The notes below the pieces were generated by a model that ran no database searches, was not told the DNA's origin, and was given only the letters and a program-made list of their open reading frames with translations. From the NCBI GenBank assembly GCA_964452475.1, contig CAYVML010000001.1, forward strand, positions 1-30,234: a DNA stretch of 30,234 bases, in the 5' to 3' direction. A program made the translations under genes and the position numbers. This document shows positions 26,190 through 30,234 of the stretch, in pieces (position 1 is the first letter of the stretch; each line of letters starts with the position of its first letter). Source of the DNA: an uncultured Dehalococcoidales bacterium. GTDB taxonomy: Bacteria > Chloroflexota > Dehalococcoidia > GIF9 > AB-539-J10.

Positions 26190-28124
26190 CTACCTTCTGC
26201 TATTATTGCCAGCAAATAATACTTGCCTTGAAGATTTACTTAGCTCCTCGGCAACCCATTCAATATCAAGTTCCTGCAATTTAGCCATTGTCGGTACCGC
26301 TTGTTTAGTATCCCAACCTGCCATACCATAGTACGTTTCTAAAGCCTGTTGCATTGCTTTTTTATCTATTCCTTTACCCTTCAATGGTCCACTGGTAAAT
26401 GCCTGGTAAAGACGATCAGGTATAACATCATCCTCAGCAGTATAACCTTCTCTAGCATTGAATATCCTAGTAAGAGCGAGTGCACGCTCTCCAACTTTCA
26501 TAAGTTCAAAAACACTCATGTTCCAACCAGTGACGCTGCTTATTAGCTTCGCTATGTGATGGGGTCTGAAGGGTGGAAACATGCATATAATCGCCGAATT
26601 CTGGAAGTGCCTCCAATTGACCCAGTATCGAAATAGTCGCACTTTCGCCGGGCTAAGTTCACGGGCTGGTAACGGGTTGATTATGCCCCATTCGTTAGCT
26701 AAGTCCATCATTCCCTGACCGTCAGTGGTAAACAGGACATCATGGATGTTGTGCATATGGTCTCCACCCGTGGGCGAAAGGGCATACCCTATACCCATAC
26801 CCACCTTGCCTTTAGGTTCATGCATCGGTAATTCCTGGCCTTTTACCTGCATGGCATACTGAGCAGCGCCATTACCTATCTTTTCAGCTGCTCGTTTGGT
26901 TCCTTCTGCGAGGATATCTCCCAATCCCTTTCTATCGGCGATCATTTGCAACATCTTCATCATGGCCTCGGTATTGCCAAACTCTAGTTTTATCCCTCCA
27001 GTATCTTTTACGGTCAGAATACCATTTTCAAAGCATTCCATGGCAAAAGCGATGGAAACCCCACAACCAATACTGTCTAATCCCTGTGCTGCGCATATCT
27101 GACTTGCCCTTGCGATAGCCTTCAAATCACTGATGCCACAAAGTGAGCCAAAGGCTGCACAGGTTTCATATTCCGGTCCACCGTATGCTGGATCCACGTT
27201 GTATGGTGGTCCAACTTCTACTACTCGCTTACATCTGACAGGACATGCATAGCAGGTATCTGCCCCGACGAGTATGGTTTCCGCCATTTTCTGTCCCGAT
27301 ATCTCTGACCATCCTTCAAATTGACCTTCGTTAAAATTGCGTGTAGGTAATATACCTGCCTCCTGCAAAGCCGGTAGTCCTCCAGCGGTGCCATAGTCAT
27401 GGTATCTCCCGATGTATTGCATATATTTATCTGATAACCATTTGGATATTTCACGTACTCCTGCATGTTCGACAACTGGTACAGGCTGGTGCCCACGAAC
27501 GGCGATGGCCTTTAGATTTTTAGAGCCCATAACCGCACCATGGCCATTACGGCCATAGAAATGAGTCAGGTCATTTACAATATTTGCAATTCGAATAAGT
27601 TTCTCTCCAGCCGGGCCAATCTGTGCAACACGCACCTTTCCATCGCCCAATTCCTCCTGGATTTGTTTTTCTGTTTCTTTTGTTTCCTGCCCCCAGAGAT
27701 GGGATGCATCTCGTATCTCCACCTTATCATCCTGAATCCAGAGATAAACTGGCTTGTCAGCTTTTCCTTCAATAATTATGGCATCCCAACCAGCTCGCTT
27801 TAATTCTGCGGGCCAGAATCCTCCTCCCTGAGAATCCCCCCACCCATTGGTAAGAGGAGATTTAGAGCCCACCGCGCTACGCCCACACCCCCCACATGGG
27901 ACGCCAGTAATTACACCAGCCGACCAGATAAGCTTATTATCTGGTCCCAGAGGGTCAATACCAGGTTTTAATTCCTTGAGCAGATAATAGCCTATAAGTG
28001 CAGTCCCACCAAAATACCTGCGATAGAATTTATCGCCAGGTTTTTCAACAGAGATATCACCATTGGACAGGTTCACCCTCAGAATTTTACCGGTATAACC
28101 ACCATGTATTTTTTGTTCAGCCAT
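26190..28124 (-). CDS. Aldehyde:ferredoxin oxidoreductase family protein (tungsten-pterin), copy 2
   Basis: Same motifs (CYACPVRC, GPEYET, GGDH). Tandem paralogue of 24152..26059. Confidence 0.93.
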   Translation of the reverse strand: MAEQKIHGGYTGKILRVNLSNGDISVEKPGDKFYRRYFGGTALIGYYLLKELKPGIDPLGPDNKLIWSAGVITGVPCGGCGRSAVGSKSPLTNGWGDSQGGGFWPAELKRAGWDAIIIEGKADKPVYLWIQDDKVEIRDASHLWGQETKETEKQIQEELGDGKVRVAQIGPAGEKLIRIANIVNDLTHFYGRNGHGAVMGSKNLKAIAVRGHQPVPVVEHAGVREISKWLSDKYMQYIGRYHDYGTAGGLPALQEAGILPTRNFNEGQFEGWSEISGQKMAETILVGADTCYACPVRCKRVVEVGPPYNVDPAYGGPEYETCAAFGSLCGISDLKAIARASQICAAQGLDSIGCGVSIAFAMECFENGILTVKDTGGIKLEFGNTEAMMKMLQMIADRKGLGDILAEGTKRAAEKIGNGAAQYAMQVKGQELPMHEPKGKVGMGIGYALSPTGGDHMHNIHDVLFTTDGQGMMDLANEWGIINPLPARELSPAKVRLFRYWVNWRHFQNSAIICMFPPFRPHHIAKLISSVTGWNMSVFELMKVGERALALTRIFNAREGYTAEDDVIPDRLYQAFTSGPLKGKGIDKKAMQQALETYYGMAGWDTKQAVPTMAKLQELDIEWVAEELSKSSRQVLFAGNNSRR

Positions 28125-28160
28125 ACTTCCTTCTCCTATTATTCGAAAGTGTTATATTTT

Positions 28161-30234
28161 TTATTCGGCGGCAATCCGCGCCAATTGGTCGAGTACTTCT
28201 TTCAAGGTCTCCAGTTCATTACCATAACCAGCCCAGTCTCCCTCCTTAAGGTAGTCTTGAGCCTTGCTGTAGTGCTGTTGGGCCTGAGCAATCAAACTAG
28301 CTATATCAGGAGCTACCTGCACCCCCGGTTCCACTGGTTCTTCTCCAGGTTCTGTTGGGATTGTTTCTGTCCCAAATATCGCAGTAAGGCTTTCCCTTAA
28401 TGTCCGTTCCATAACAATCTTGTCTCCAGCAGCTACGATAACACGTTTCAGCTCAGGGAGTCCCCCTGCCTCCGCCTGGAGAAATACTGGTTCTATAAAG
28501 AGATTGGAGGCACCCAGCGGTATCATTAACAGATTTCCACGTATAACGCGGGATCCGCCACGTCCCCAAAGGGCAAGCTGCTCAGTTATAATGGTGTCCT
28601 GTTGAATTCTATTCTCTATCTGGCTCGGGCCATATACTAATTTATCCTTAGGGAAGATATAGGCAAGTAACTTCCCATAATTCTCTCCATCACAACGAGC
28701 AGCCAGCCAGCCAACAGTATTATTCTTATTGACCGGTGTAAATGGCAGTATGAGAAGAAACTCCTCCTTGTCTTCTTCAGGCAGATGCATAATAGCGTAA
28801 TAAGGTTCCATTCTCTGTTCTGCCCCGGAATATACCTCTTTGGGGAAAGTCCACAGGTCTTCTTTATTGTAGAACACCTGGGCATCTTGCATGTGGTAGT
28901 TCTGATACACTGATGCTTGAATGGCAAACATGCCCTCGGGATAACGGATATGTTGACGTAACTCCTCAGGCATCTGTTCTGCAGGAATGAATAACTCCGG
29001 GAAGATGGCCTTATAGGTCTGTATCAGCGCATCACCAGGATCTGAAATATAGAAGGTGACATTGCCTTCATAGGCATCTATGACCACTTTGACGCTGTTG
29101 CGAATATAATTTATTTTACTTTCAATAGGCTCAGAATAGGGATAGTTTGTGGTAGTTGTATAGGCATCCTGTACCCAAAACAGTCGCCCATCTATAATCA
29201 CCATATATGGATCCCCATCCAGTTGTAGAAATGGTGCCAGATGTTTTACTCTGTCGTAAATATTTCGATAATACAGGATCCGACTGTCAGCAGTCATCTC
29301 AGCACTAATGAGTATATTGAAATCGCTAAACTGCCAGGCATAAATGGCCCGCCGGAGCAAACTTCCAATACTAACACCCCCTTCCCCCTGCCACTGCCCA
29401 TAAATGTTGCTGTCCCCCATTGGATAATCGAATTCCTGGGTATTCGTATTTACAATGACATATTCATCCGTTTTCTCTCCAAAGTAAATCTGTGGTATAT
29501 CTATAGGGATATCCCCAACAGGAGGAATATCTTTTATTTTTAAAATAGGTAAACCCTCAGGGCTTATTTCATTAACAGGGCTTAATGCAACTCCATAGCC
29601 ATGAGTAAACTGCAATCGCCGGTTAACCCATGTTTGCGCCTCACCAGCCAACTTCTCTGCTGATAATTCCCTGGCTGATAGCATAACCTGTTGATATGTG
29701 CCATCCATATAATACCGATCGACATCGACATCATTAAAATCATAGTAGAGCCGTATGGCCTGGATTTGATTATATGTATCAATTAGAGCTCGATGGTCCC
29801 AGAGCCTTATATTATTAATCGTAACTTCGTTTTCTGCGATATCCAAACTGGTTGGCATTTCCTCTGCAGGGAACGATTGTTCTTCAATACGATTTAATGC
29901 AAAAGCCTCGCGGGTAGCCTGGATATTGTATTCAATATAGGGATTTTCCAAAGCAAATTCATTTGGTTGCACCTGGAAGCGTTGCATCAGGCTGGGTACA
30001 ACTCCCCCTGTTACCATGCTGACTACCAACCATATAGCAATGCCGTAGATCAGCAAACGACGCCTGCGCTTTATAAAAGCAGCTATTAATATTACGGTGA
30101 AGACCAGCACTACAACTATAAGTATCCATTGCGCTGGCAGTTGGGCATGAATATCAGTATAGCTGGCTCCGAAAGCTACCCCTCGTTTTGAAAACACCAA
30201 ATCCCAGATATCAAGCCAGTAACCCAAGGCGAAA
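28161..30234 (-). CDS. UPF0182 family membrane protein; 5' part lies outside the window
   Basis: GASYTD, NIRLWD, HLAPFLQLDGDPY, NYIRNSVK, IRYPE, GNLLMIP and LKRVIVA motifs. The frame is open to the window edge (...FALGYWLD), so the track's start at 30227 is an artefact. Confidence 0.93.
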   Translation of the reverse strand, partial: FALGYWLDIWDLVFSKRGVAFGASYTDIHAQLPAQWILIVVVLVFTVILIAAFIKRRRRLLIYGIAIWLVVSMVTGGVVPSLMQRFQVQPNEFALENPYIEYNIQATREAFALNRIEEQSFPAEEMPTSLDIAENEVTINNIRLWDHRALIDTYNQIQAIRLYYDFNDVDVDRYYMDGTYQQVMLSARELSAEKLAGEAQTWVNRRLQFTHGYGVALSPVNEISPEGLPILKIKDIPPVGDIPIDIPQIYFGEKTDEYVIVNTNTQEFDYPMGDSNIYGQWQGEGGVSIGSLLRRAIYAWQFSDFNILISAEMTADSRILYYRNIYDRVKHLAPFLQLDGDPYMVIIDGRLFWVQDAYTTTTNYPYSEPIESKINYIRNSVKVVIDAYEGNVTFYISDPGDALIQTYKAIFPELFIPAEQMPEELRQHIRYPEGMFAIQASVYQNYHMQDAQVFYNKEDLWTFPKEVYSGAEQRMEPYYAIMHLPEEDKEEFLLILPFTPVNKNNTVGWLAARCDGENYGKLLAYIFPKDKLVYGPSQIENRIQQDTIITEQLALWGRGGSRVIRGNLLMIPLGASNLFIEPVFLQAEAGGLPELKRVIVAAGDKIVMERTLRESLTAIFGTETIPTEPGEEPVEPGVQVAPDIASLIAQAQQHYSKAQDYLKEGDWAGYGNELETLKEVLDQLARIAAE

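Noticed and set aside
1-30234. CRISPR array, integrase or transposase, rRNA, intact tRNA, known riboswitch
   Set aside because: No regularly spaced repeats, recombinase motifs or complete RNA gene structures were found by eye. An Infernal/Rfam scan would be needed to exclude weak ncRNA hits.

Overview
Window from an anaerobic bacterium, most likely Chloroflexota/Dehalococcoidia. This placement is inferred from gene content and protein style, not from a database search. 1-14.3 kb is mostly housekeeping: a partial CDP-alcohol phosphatidyltransferase, ino1, the nusA-ylxR-infB-rbfA operon (no rimP, no truB), dtd, a Fur-family regulator with a TroA/ZnuABC-type metal ABC transporter, and miaB-yajC-nadA-nadB-nadC. 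About 14.4-23.1 kb looks like a patchwork accessory islet: two divergent MFS transporters, a 3' half of tRNA-Lys(UUU), a ketopantoate-reductase-like enzyme, a nitroreductase, a broken ICMT-family methyltransferase, a 4-oxalocrotonate tautomerase homologue, and an AbiEi/AbiEii type IV toxin-antitoxin pair followed by radC. 23.1-30.2 kb carries an inositol monophosphatase, two tandem tungsten-type aldehyde:ferredoxin oxidoreductases and a partial UPF0182 membrane protein. The best leads are: (i) a Fur-family/metal-ABC module with repeated 6-2-6 palindromic operators and a binding protein with a non-canonical ligand set; (ii) a terminator-like hairpin in the short nusA leader; (iii) an att-like tRNA-Lys fragment and a 19-bp direct repeat bracketing part of the islet; (iv) an abiEi-abiEii-radC operon with an 18-bp inverted-repeat operator around its -35 box; (v) tandem AORs with altered pterin-binding motifs. 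No CRISPR array, rRNA, intact tRNA, integrase or transposase was seen.
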